Origin: Pyrodictium abyssi
GTDB taxonomy: Archaea > Thermoproteota > Thermoprotei_A > Sulfolobales > Pyrodictiaceae
Length of the DNA: 32,000 nt
Assembly: GCF_036323395.1 (NCBI RefSeq)
Contig: NZ_AP028907.1
Coordinates: 2,192,220-2,224,219 of the forward strand
Direction: 5' to 3'
Of this stretch, positions 25,334 to 32,000 are shown in pieces. Every line of letters begins with the position of its first letter. The first letter of the stretch is position 1. The notes beneath the pieces were generated by a model. It was not told the DNA's origin and searched no databases. It saw only the letters and a program-made list of their open reading frames with translations. The translations under genes were made by a program, and so were the position numbers.

Positions 25334-25801
25334 TGCTCCACCCGGTAGAACACTCTACCCAGAGCCCCCGGGCTTTGGCCGGCGTGGCTGCTGTTGCGTC
25401 TATCATCAATACTGGTTATCGTGGTCTTGGTACCTATAAGGGCTCCCAGGGTCGGCGTGTAGTCCTTACGCCCCTCCATGACTACTAGCGTGCTGCTACA
25501 TGCTCCTAGATACTGAGCCCTCTTACAGGGCGCTACGTCTATAGAATACTGTTTCAACCCTAGTGCTTCATGATAGGCAGGGACTTAAGTAATGCCTGGT
25601 CCCCTAAGCGGGCTATCCTAGACAAGGTATCGGGGGTCTTTGTCGTTATTGCCCAAAATAGGGGGTCAACCCTGCTTTGTATAGTGCGGGTCTTCGTGGC
25701 CAGAGGCCGGGGTCTGCGGATGTGTCCACGGGCCTCGGGGGCCTGCCGCCTATTGTAGTGTATACAGTTAACATTGTGGCTGGATGGCTAGCTAGCCTGG
25801 T

Positions 25802-26277
25802 TTAGCTGGTTACTAGGTTGCTTATGAGCGTATTGTAGTCTTCGTCGCTAAGTAGGTAGTAGGCTTCGACTCTGGCTTTTAGGGCGTTATACTTCATGGT
25901 CCTATCGTTGGTGACTAGGATTGCGTCGACGTGTTTGGCTGTTGCTATGTAGTATGCGTCTACTGCTCTGCACCCGGTGAATAGGGCTATCTCCGCCGCC
26001 TTATCATGGATGGTTTCCTCTCCTACGACATCCACGAACTGGAGCGCCGTGTCTACTATCTCGAGAGCCTGTTCTGGCTTGATCCTTCTCACGAGTACTG
26101 CTCGCAGCTCTACCTCGAAGAGGAAAGGCTCGTAGACGTAGAGGCCGAGGCTGGACAGCCTGTCGAGGGTGGCCCTAGCTCTCTCGTGTCTCTCTGGTCT
26201 CCCGAGGGTAGAGGAGGTAGTAGTCAGCGAATGACGCTAGTATCCACCACGGCAGCCTGGATGGTTTCCCTCGGCAA
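25802..26277 (-). pseudogene. vapC: PIN-domain VapC toxin with frame disruption(s) between about 26150 and 26230
   Basis: TTG at 26277 gives MPRETIQAAVVDTSVIR*. The continuation is FADYYLLYPRE... in a second frame. RPERHERARATLDRLSSLGLYVYEPFLFEVELRAVLVRRIKPEQ...CRAVDAYYIATAKHVDAILVTNDRTM follows in the frame of ORF 25802..26092. Confidence 0.65.
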
Positions 26278-26472
26278 TTACCTCCTCTCCTCCACCAACT
26301 CCTCGACAACATCACGGTCTACCTTGAACCTGTATCTGCCTGCCTTCTCCCGGAACCCCATGAAGCTCCTCTTGACAACTATGATCTCTAGCTCCTCTCC
26401 CTCTCTGAACTCAGCGTTGTCGAGAAGCCGCAGTATACTCCTCTCATACTTCACCCTAACCGTCCTAGACAA
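26278..26472 (-). CDS. DUF104/AF2212-like antitoxin (VapB partner)
   Basis: MSRTVRVKYERSILRLLDNAEFREGEELEIIVV. Its stop is directly followed by the PIN TTG start. Confidence 0.75.
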   Translation of the reverse strand: MSRTVRVKYERSILRLLDNAEFREGEELEIIVVKRSFMGFREKAGRYRFKVDRDVVEELVEERR

Positions 26473-26511
26473 CCCGGCCTATCCCACACATAGTGCTCTC
26501 CGTCAAGGCAG

Positions 26512-26718
26512 TCATAAGACTTTACCTTGAACGTAGCTATCGGTGCCATGATGCCGAGAAGGCTTAGGAAAGAGTAAAGAAACATATGCCAAAATGCTTT
26601 CAATACTCGAGGTCGTAGCATCTACTACCCTGTCGTCCTCATCGATGCCGATAGCCTCCCTTACGGCCTTCGGAAGCATGGTGCACCCCCTTCCAACCCG
26701 GGGCCCTAGGGCTAACAT
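26512..26718 (-). CDS. possible AbrB/SpoVT-like small protein
   Basis: RVGRGCTMLPKAVREAIGIDEDDRVV resembles the AbrB swapped-hairpin motif (G.vtlPk.vRe.lgi.eGD.v). The rest is unremarkable. Weak call. Confidence 0.35.
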   Translation of the reverse strand: MLALGPRVGRGCTMLPKAVREAIGIDEDDRVVDATTSSIESILAYVSLLFPKPSRHHGTDSYVQGKVL

Positions 26719-26904
26719 GGCGCATCCAGGGCGGAAATCAGGCTAAGCAGTCGGCATAAACTGCAGCATCTCTGTGTACCTAGCCCCCTCTGCTGAGGAC
26801 GTTACTGCACCCCCGGAATCCTCAGCCGATTATGGGCATGTCTACGATGGGCCTCAGAATGGTCTGCGAGGATACGGGCATCATTCCCGGCACTGGGAGG
26901 GTTA

Positions 26905-27342
26905 TTGGGGTGTCTTGGTGGAGCTGCTGTTCTGGGCTCTGGGGCATTGGCTGGCGCAGCTGCTGTTGTGGATACTAGTGTGCTTCACGCGTACCTCGTG
27001 GAGGAGGATGTGCTCCACCCTGTGGCGGCTGGGCTGCTCGAGGCGCTGGAGGAGCCGGTGGCGCCGTCTATCGTGGTGCATGAGCTTGTGTGGAGTCTGA
27101 GGCGGCGGCTCGGCCCTGGTGCTGCGGGGTCGCGGGTGGGCTGGCTGCTTGCTGGCGGGCTTCGGGTGGAGCCAGTGGTGCTCGGGGACGTCTGGTTCGC
27201 GTTGCGTGACCCCCGGCGCTACGAGGACCTGGTTGTGGTCGCTGTGGCCCGGAGGCTGGGGCTCCCGCTGGCTACGCTCGACGAGGGTATGGCGAGGCTG
27301 GCATCCCGGTACGGCGTAGAGGTTCTATCCGCGCAGCGGTAG
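26905..27342 (+). CDS. PIN-domain protein (VapC-like), with no recognisable antitoxin upstream
   Basis: AAVVDTSVLHAYL, IVVHELVW, YEDLVVVAVARRLGLPLATLDEGM. The start is probably an internal TTG (26947). Confidence 0.75.
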   Translation: MGCLGGAAVLGSGALAGAAAVVDTSVLHAYLVEEDVLHPVAAGLLEALEEPVAPSIVVHELVWSLRRRLGPGAAGSRVGWLLAGGLRVEPVVLGDVWFALRDPRRYEDLVVVAVARRLGLPLATLDEGMARLASRYGVEVLSAQR

Positions 27343-27376
27343 GCGGTGGCCCTGGGCGCTGTGGAGGGGCACGTGT

Positions 27377-28018
27377 GTGGAGGTGGTGGGGCACCGTGCT
27401 AACACGGTGAGGTGGCTCCGCCGCCACCTCGCCTGCACCCGCAGCGTGGAGGTGGACGTGTACCTGCGCGGCGGCGTCCCCGTCGCGGGGCACCTTCTGC
27501 CCCGGGCGAGGCCGCTGCTCCTCCGGGAGAGGCTAGCCCGGCTCCTCGAGGGCCTACACTTCACCCCTAGCAGGCCGCTACGAGAGCTGCTGGCCCATGT
27601 GCCGCCGGGGAGCATGGTTATGCTCGACCTCAAGGACCGGGTGCCCCCGCGGCTCCTCGCCGACTCCCTGGAGGGGGCTGGGGGCCTGGAGCTGGTGCTT
27701 GTCACGCGCTGGCACAGCGACGCCCGGGCGCTAGCCGAGGCGCTCCCCGGGGCGCGGGTGCTGCTGAGCATCGATAGCCGCCCAGCCGAGCCCCGCGTGC
27801 TGGTGGAGGCGGCGGGGGCGCACGGCGTCAGCGTCCGGGCCAGCTACGTTGACCGCGGGCTGGTCGAGGCCCTGCACCAGGGGGGCTACCTGGTTGCGGC
27901 GTGGACGGTGAACGAGCCCCGGGAGGCGCTCCGCCTAGCAGAGCTAGGCGTAGACATGATCGTGAGCGACGTACCCTGCGAGATAGCTAGGGCCCTATGG
28001 GCAGGGAGGAGCAGCTAG
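27377..28018 (+). CDS. glycerophosphodiester phosphodiesterase (GDPD) family protein
   Basis: VVGHRANT, VEVDVYL, MLDLK, AAWTVNEPREALRLAELGVDMIVSDVP. GTG start. Confidence 0.7.
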   Translation: MEVVGHRANTVRWLRRHLACTRSVEVDVYLRGGVPVAGHLLPRARPLLLRERLARLLEGLHFTPSRPLRELLAHVPPGSMVMLDLKDRVPPRLLADSLEGAGGLELVLVTRWHSDARALAEALPGARVLLSIDSRPAEPRVLVEAAGAHGVSVRASYVDRGLVEALHQGGYLVAAWTVNEPREALRLAELGVDMIVSDVPCEIARALWAGRSS

Positions 28019-28169
28019 GCGCGGCCCCCGGGTTGAATAGCCTGTTGCCGGCTTTGGGTCGGGAGCCGCCGGGCTCTATAGCGGCTGTGCCGGGCTTGTT
28101 GTAGCCGCAGCCTGGTATACCGTGTATAAAGTGGGTATGTTGTCTTCTCTTCCAGGGTGTGTACCGGGA

Positions 28170-28391
28170 ATGCAGGGTAGTGGTATAGTATTCCGGGTGA
28201 AGCTGTCAAGGAAGGGTGCTGTTTACCTGCCTCGTGACGTGCTTAGGCGTCTCGGCCTCCGTGAGGGCGACGAGCTGGTGCTCCGTCTCGAGGATGGGCG
28301 TATAGTGTTGATGCCGGTTTACGACCCTCTAGAGCTCGCCCTAAGGGGGCCAAAGTATGGCCGCGTAACGGTAGAGGAGCTAGAGGGGTAG
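28170..28391 (+). CDS. vapB: AbrB/SpoVT-type antitoxin (VapB)
   Basis: RVKLSRKGAVYLPRDVLRRLGLREGDELVLRLEDGRIVLMP. The ORF opens at 28122; ATG at 28170 is the more plausible start. Confidence 0.75.
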   Translation: MQGSGIVFRVKLSRKGAVYLPRDVLRRLGLREGDELVLRLEDGRIVLMPVYDPLELALRGPKYGRVTVEELEG

Positions 28392-28393
28392 AC

Positions 28394-28839
28394 GTGGAGC
28401 ACATACTGCTCGATACTAGCTATATACTGCCTACCTCGGCGTGGAGGTCGAGGGCGCCAGGCCAGCCCTTGAGAAGCTGAGAGTGCTCCGGGCGGAGGGC
28501 AGGATAGTACTCTACTACTCGGAGTTCTCGCTGCTCGAAGCGATAGCTAAGGCTGTAAAGCTTAACGTACCCCGGAGTGTCGTCGAGTACGGCGTTACAG
28601 CGATAACTGCTGGCTACAGGAAAGCCGGGCCCAGAGTCGAGGCGTGGCTCCTTGCAGCAGAGCTTCGCCGGGAGGGCCTCCGGGACCTCATAGACGCGCT
28701 GCTCTACGCTATGGCCTCTACTGGCAGGCTCCAGCTACTAACCAGGGATAGGCGGCTACTAGAATTACTAGAATTCCTCGAGGAACACGGATACCCTACC
28801 ACTGTAGTGATGCGTGAGGAGCAGCTACTAGAGAGCTAG
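28394..28839 (+). pseudogene. vapC: PIN-domain VapC toxin whose N-terminal catalytic Asp segment is out of frame
   Basis: GTG at 28394 gives MEHILLDTSYILP, then runs out of frame. The listed ORF 28441..28839 continues with (YLG)VEVEGARPALEKL...SLLEAIAK...LIDALLYA...LLTRDRRL. An apparent 1-nt deletion lies near 28430-28432. Confidence 0.7.
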
Positions 28840-28882
28840 GTTATTAGCATGTGGCAATGCTGCAGTGTGGAGGAGGAAAGGG

Positions 28883-29971
28883 CTAGGTGATTATCTTCTC
28901 GAGTATGCCCTTCTCGGCTGCTTCGCGTAGCTCCCTGGCTATCCGGCGGCCCATGTACATCGGGTCCTCCCAGTAGAGGCTGGCGTAGGGCGTCTGGAGC
29001 CCGGTGTACACGTTGGTGCCGGCTACTATCCTGCCGCTGAACTCGAATATCTTGTACTCTAGGCTCTCGGTTACTATGCCCTCGAGGCTGTAGGGCCCGG
29101 CTGCGGGGTAGCCGGTGGCCCTCTCCACGGCCCTGGCGAAGCGCTCGCCGTAGTCTAGTACCCGGGCGAGGAGGCTTTCACGCGCCACTATCGGCATGTT
29201 GGCTACCACGGTGTAGCTGGGCTCTAGGCCTAGCTCCTCCTGGAGCCGGGGCGGCACCCGGGCGAGCCCATCCACGTTGCTCTCTAGCCGGATGTCCATG
29301 CCGAGTAGCTCTACACGGCCGTGGACTAGGCTGTTGAAGTAGTGGCTGTAGAGCCGGACACCCACCACGTACTCCTGGAGGACCAGGTCCCCGGGGCGGT
29401 AGCCCTGCTTCTCCAGCTCCGCGGCCACCTTCTCCACGTCGCGGGGGGCTGCTAGCCTGTAGCCGCGGCCACCCTTGGCGCCGGGGAGCTTGACTATCAC
29501 CGGGACGCCTGCCTCGGCGGCCTCGCGGGGCGAGCTGAACCTCCTGGGCGTGTCTATCCCGGCGTCCTCTAGCAGGGAGAGCTTCCGGTCCCAGCTAGCC
29601 TCTATCTCAAGGAGGTACCGGTTGCCGAGAACCGGTAGCTCCAGGGAGAGGAGCGTCTCCACGCCCACGTACTCTATGAGGCTCGCGTGCGGCACGAGCA
29701 CGGCGTTGGCCTCGCGGAGCTGCTCGACTACGCTGGGGGCTAGGAGGTCCCGCCAGGACTCGACCACTACTGCGCGGCTGTAGAGCCACGGGAACCGCGA
29801 GTATATAGCGTCGTAGTAGCGGCGGTGCGCGATCAGTATGGCCTCTACGCCCTCGTCCCGGGCGCCCCGCAGCAGCTGCAGCGCAGAGTGGCTAGCGGGC
29901 ACTGCTAGCCGGACACGCCCCGGGTCGTAGCCCCGGGCAACCTCCTGGCCAGGACTCCTACCACGAGCCAA
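28883..29971 (-). CDS. purP: 5-formaminoimidazole-4-carboxamide ribonucleotide (FAICAR) synthetase, ATP-grasp
   Basis: ASHSALQLLRGARDEG, VLGNRYLLEIEASWDRK, VIVKLPGAKGGRGY, LQEYVVGVRLYSHYF, ESNVDG, VVANMPIVARESLL, GPYSLEGIV, FEFSGRIVAGTN, PMYMGRRIA. All are typical archaeal PurP blocks. TTG start, uncertain. Confidence 0.85.
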   Translation of the reverse strand: MARGRSPGQEVARGYDPGRVRLAVPASHSALQLLRGARDEGVEAILIAHRRYYDAIYSRFPWLYSRAVVVESWRDLLAPSVVEQLREANAVLVPHASLIEYVGVETLLSLELPVLGNRYLLEIEASWDRKLSLLEDAGIDTPRRFSSPREAAEAGVPVIVKLPGAKGGRGYRLAAPRDVEKVAAELEKQGYRPGDLVLQEYVVGVRLYSHYFNSLVHGRVELLGMDIRLESNVDGLARVPPRLQEELGLEPSYTVVANMPIVARESLLARVLDYGERFARAVERATGYPAAGPYSLEGIVTESLEYKIFEFSGRIVAGTNVYTGLQTPYASLYWEDPMYMGRRIARELREAAEKGILEKIIT

Positions 29972-30295
29972 CCCCGGGCAACCCCGCCAGAGCCTGGGGG
30001 CAGCGCCCTAGTACCTTTACGCTTCTATAGTGCGCATGCATAGACACAATCTTGACATTTAACTAGTCCATCTCATGTTAGACCTTCGATAACATTTGAT
30101 AATAGGATGCACTGTACTCATATACTACCAATATCTTATAGTTCCTATGATTTCTGCCTATAGACTCGGAGTATATTAGGCGGGCGATGCACGTAGGTTA
30201 TTGTGGGCTTCTTTTATAGTTTTAGGCAAATTGTATATTCGCTCTACCCCCTTATTCTCATGCACATTCTTATCATATTCTTTAGGGGTTACAGA

Positions 30296-30601
30296 ATGTT
30301 ACGCCCAAGGTACGAGATCTTAATACTAGCTTTTCTCTACATGAGAGGAGAAAAAGGTGCACGACTAGAAGAGCTGAAACATGTTATTGCAAAGGCCGAG
30401 AAATATGATGGCCTCTCATTTATGTTAATGGGTGGACCAGATAATGTGGAACCATACATAAGATACCTGGAAGGACGTGGTCTTGTAGAGAGATATGGTG
30501 ACAAATATATTTTGCGTCGCGAAGCACTGCCTCGTCCACTACATAGAACCATAGAACGTATCCTTTCCGAGAAAGGATTAAAAGAAGTGCTAGTAATCTA
30601 G
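30296..30601 (+). CDS. small winged-helix-like protein, hypothetical
   Basis: MLRPRYEILILAFLYMRGEKGARLEELKHVIAKA...YIRYLEGRGLVERYGDKYILR suggests a wHTH fold. The listed ORF starts at 30203, but ATG at 30296 is preferred. AT-rich island. Confidence 0.4.
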   Translation: MLRPRYEILILAFLYMRGEKGARLEELKHVIAKAEKYDGLSFMLMGGPDNVEPYIRYLEGRGLVERYGDKYILRREALPRPLHRTIERILSEKGLKEVLVI

Positions 30602-30631
30602 ATATTCTATCAAATATGGGTATTGGTCGAT

Positions 30632-32000
30632 ATGTCCTCCACACAACATAGTGATAAAGAAGGCCCGGTACATAGTAGTAATAAAGGACCACATCTGCGC
30701 TACGTGAAAGATGTTGTACATGGATTTTCCATACTTGACCGTGAGTTCTTCAATTACATAATAGATCATCCGCTTTTCCAGCGGTTGAGAAATATTACGC
30801 AAAACAGCTTAGCTAATATGGTTTATCCAGGTCTAATGCATTCAAGATTCGAACATTCTCTTGGAGTCGCATACTCCTTAGGCAAAGCTGTAGAAAATTT
30901 AGCTAATAATACGCATAAGTTTGAAGACACGATAACAAGTGCCCTTAAAGAAAGATTCCCGAGCGCTTCAGAAACCCTTATGGAAGCTACGATAGCTTTC
31001 ATAAAGGAACTTATAAATGAGCTTGAAAGTAAAGAAACAATTCAATCCGCTATATTGGCAGGGCTTATGCATGATGTGGGCCACTTAGCATGGTCGCATG
31101 TATTTGACTATGCTCTTGAATCATCATGGTTGGGTCTTGAGCGGGCTCATGAACAGCTTACACTATTATTATCTGAAGCATTACTTCATGAAGAATTTTG
31201 CAACAAGACGGAATATAATAAGAAAATATGTACGAGAGCATTAGATCTACTTAATATAGCTTATAGAAAGGAACAAAAAAGGAACGTCTGTGTAGCTGAA
31301 ATTTGCGCAGATGGTAGGCAGAGTAATATACGCGAAGTAGCTAACTGTATTTTAACAAAGTTACTTAGTTCGTCTGTTGATATAGATAGAGCTGATTACG
31401 TCATAAGGGATAGTATTCATTCTGGTGTCACATTTGGGATATTTGATCTAGAAAGATTATATTCCTCTCTTGTACTTGCATTAACAGTTACTGAAAACAA
31501 GAACAAACCAGAATGTATAAAGTTCTTAATTGAACCTGGCATACTAGAAAAAGGTGTGACAACTGTAGAGAATATGCTTCTTGGTCGCCTCTACATGTAT
31601 AGCGAAGTTTATCTTCACGATGTTGTTCTCGCTTATAATGCCCTAGCCCAAAAGTTCATAACACTACTCCTAAACATAGCCGAAGACGACAGAGTATGCA
31701 ATGACGATGATGCTGGACTAACTTGCGAAGTCATAAATTGTATGAATATAATTACTGAACTCCTTAGAGAAGGGAAGCCAGTAAACGAGGATCATATAAC
31801 TTGCCTAGGTATGCTTACCGACGCTCAATTCAAGTCTCTGACATGGATATTTGCAAGAGAAAGACTTCTAGAGAAAGAATTCAAAGCTGCTCCGAGCCTA
31901 AAGCAATACTTTAGTAACAATGTTAGCCAACTTGCAGCACTAATAGCTGTTGCAAGGGCAATAGCTCACCGCAGGCATTGGCATAGTTTCACTCTCGCGG
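30632..32000 (+). CDS. HD-domain phosphohydrolase (SAMHD1/dGTPase-like), 3' end beyond the window; absent from the ORF track
   Basis: Open frame from ATG 30632 to the window end. Motifs: VKDVVHGFSILDREFFNYIIDHPLFQRLRNITQNSLANMVYPGLMHSRFEHSLGVAY, LAGLMHDVGHLAWSH, SSVDIDRADYVIRDSIHSGVTFGIFDLERL. Confidence 0.8.
   Translation, partial: MSSTQHSDKEGPVHSSNKGPHLRYVKDVVHGFSILDREFFNYIIDHPLFQRLRNITQNSLANMVYPGLMHSRFEHSLGVAYSLGKAVENLANNTHKFEDTITSALKERFPSASETLMEATIAFIKELINELESKETIQSAILAGLMHDVGHLAWSHVFDYALESSWLGLERAHEQLTLLLSEALLHEEFCNKTEYNKKICTRALDLLNIAYRKEQKRNVCVAEICADGRQSNIREVANCILTKLLSSSVDIDRADYVIRDSIHSGVTFGIFDLERLYSSLVLALTVTENKNKPECIKFLIEPGILEKGVTTVENMLLGRLYMYSEVYLHDVVLAYNALAQKFITLLLNIAEDDRVCNDDDAGLTCEVINCMNIITELLREGKPVNEDHITCLGMLTDAQFKSLTWIFARERLLEKEFKAAPSLKQYFSNNVSQLAALIAVARAIAHRRHWHSFTLA

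Noticed and set aside
25315-25557. The 80-aa ORF upstream of the RHH-like antitoxin, and ORF 24987..25409.
   Set aside because: No recognisable motif. 24987..25409 is an Arg-rich alternate frame of the antitoxin gene. The region may hold another decayed gene, but I cannot support a call.
26774-27100. A candidate antitoxin upstream of the PIN gene 26905..27342.
   Set aside because: All three frames give Trp/Cys/Gly-rich or otherwise implausible peptides with no AbrB, RHH or DUF104 signature. The PIN is treated as an orphan.

Overview
High-GC archaeal chromosomal segment, most likely from a hyperthermophilic crenarchaeon (Thermoproteota). Supporting signs are an archaeal-type PurP, PaREP1-like genes, many DUF104/AbrB-PIN toxin-antitoxin (TA) pairs, and frequent GTG/TTG starts. 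Visibly AT-richer islands lie at about 1-720, 17.8-21.0 kb, 23.7-26.7 kb and 30.0-32.0 kb. Housekeeping-type content: a sodium:solute symporter with a small membrane subunit and a divergent wHTH/solute-binding regulator (10.0-12.9 kb); a thiamine/Fe3+-type ABC binding protein and fused permease with no ATPase (14.1-17.0 kb); a GDPD-family esterase; and PurP. The rest is accessory. About eleven TA-type loci are present (VapBC, MNT-HEPN, DUF6516/TumE-like), and most PIN toxins are frameshifted or truncated while their antitoxins stay intact. Other accessory items are an orphan Cas6-like gene, PaREP1 genes, and an HD-domain (SAMHD1-like) gene in a low-GC island. Several genes are interrupted only by in-frame stop codons. 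The most interesting locus is 1.5-6.1 kb. A translationally coupled NurA-like/HerA-like nuclease-ATPase operon is divergently paired with a short TGT-fold transglycosylase that has the DSGG and CxCxxC...HN motifs but no arcTGT-type N-terminus or PUA domain, so it looks DpdA-like. That locus is flanked by VapBC and MNT-HEPN modules, and a decayed second TGT-like C-terminus sits in the low-GC left flank. A 6.6 kb stretch (17.06-23.7 kb) bounded by two tRNA-3'-end-like repeats looks like a decayed integrated element. All family assignments come from motif recognition by eye and need HMM or structure confirmation. The many frameshifts could also be sequencing errors.
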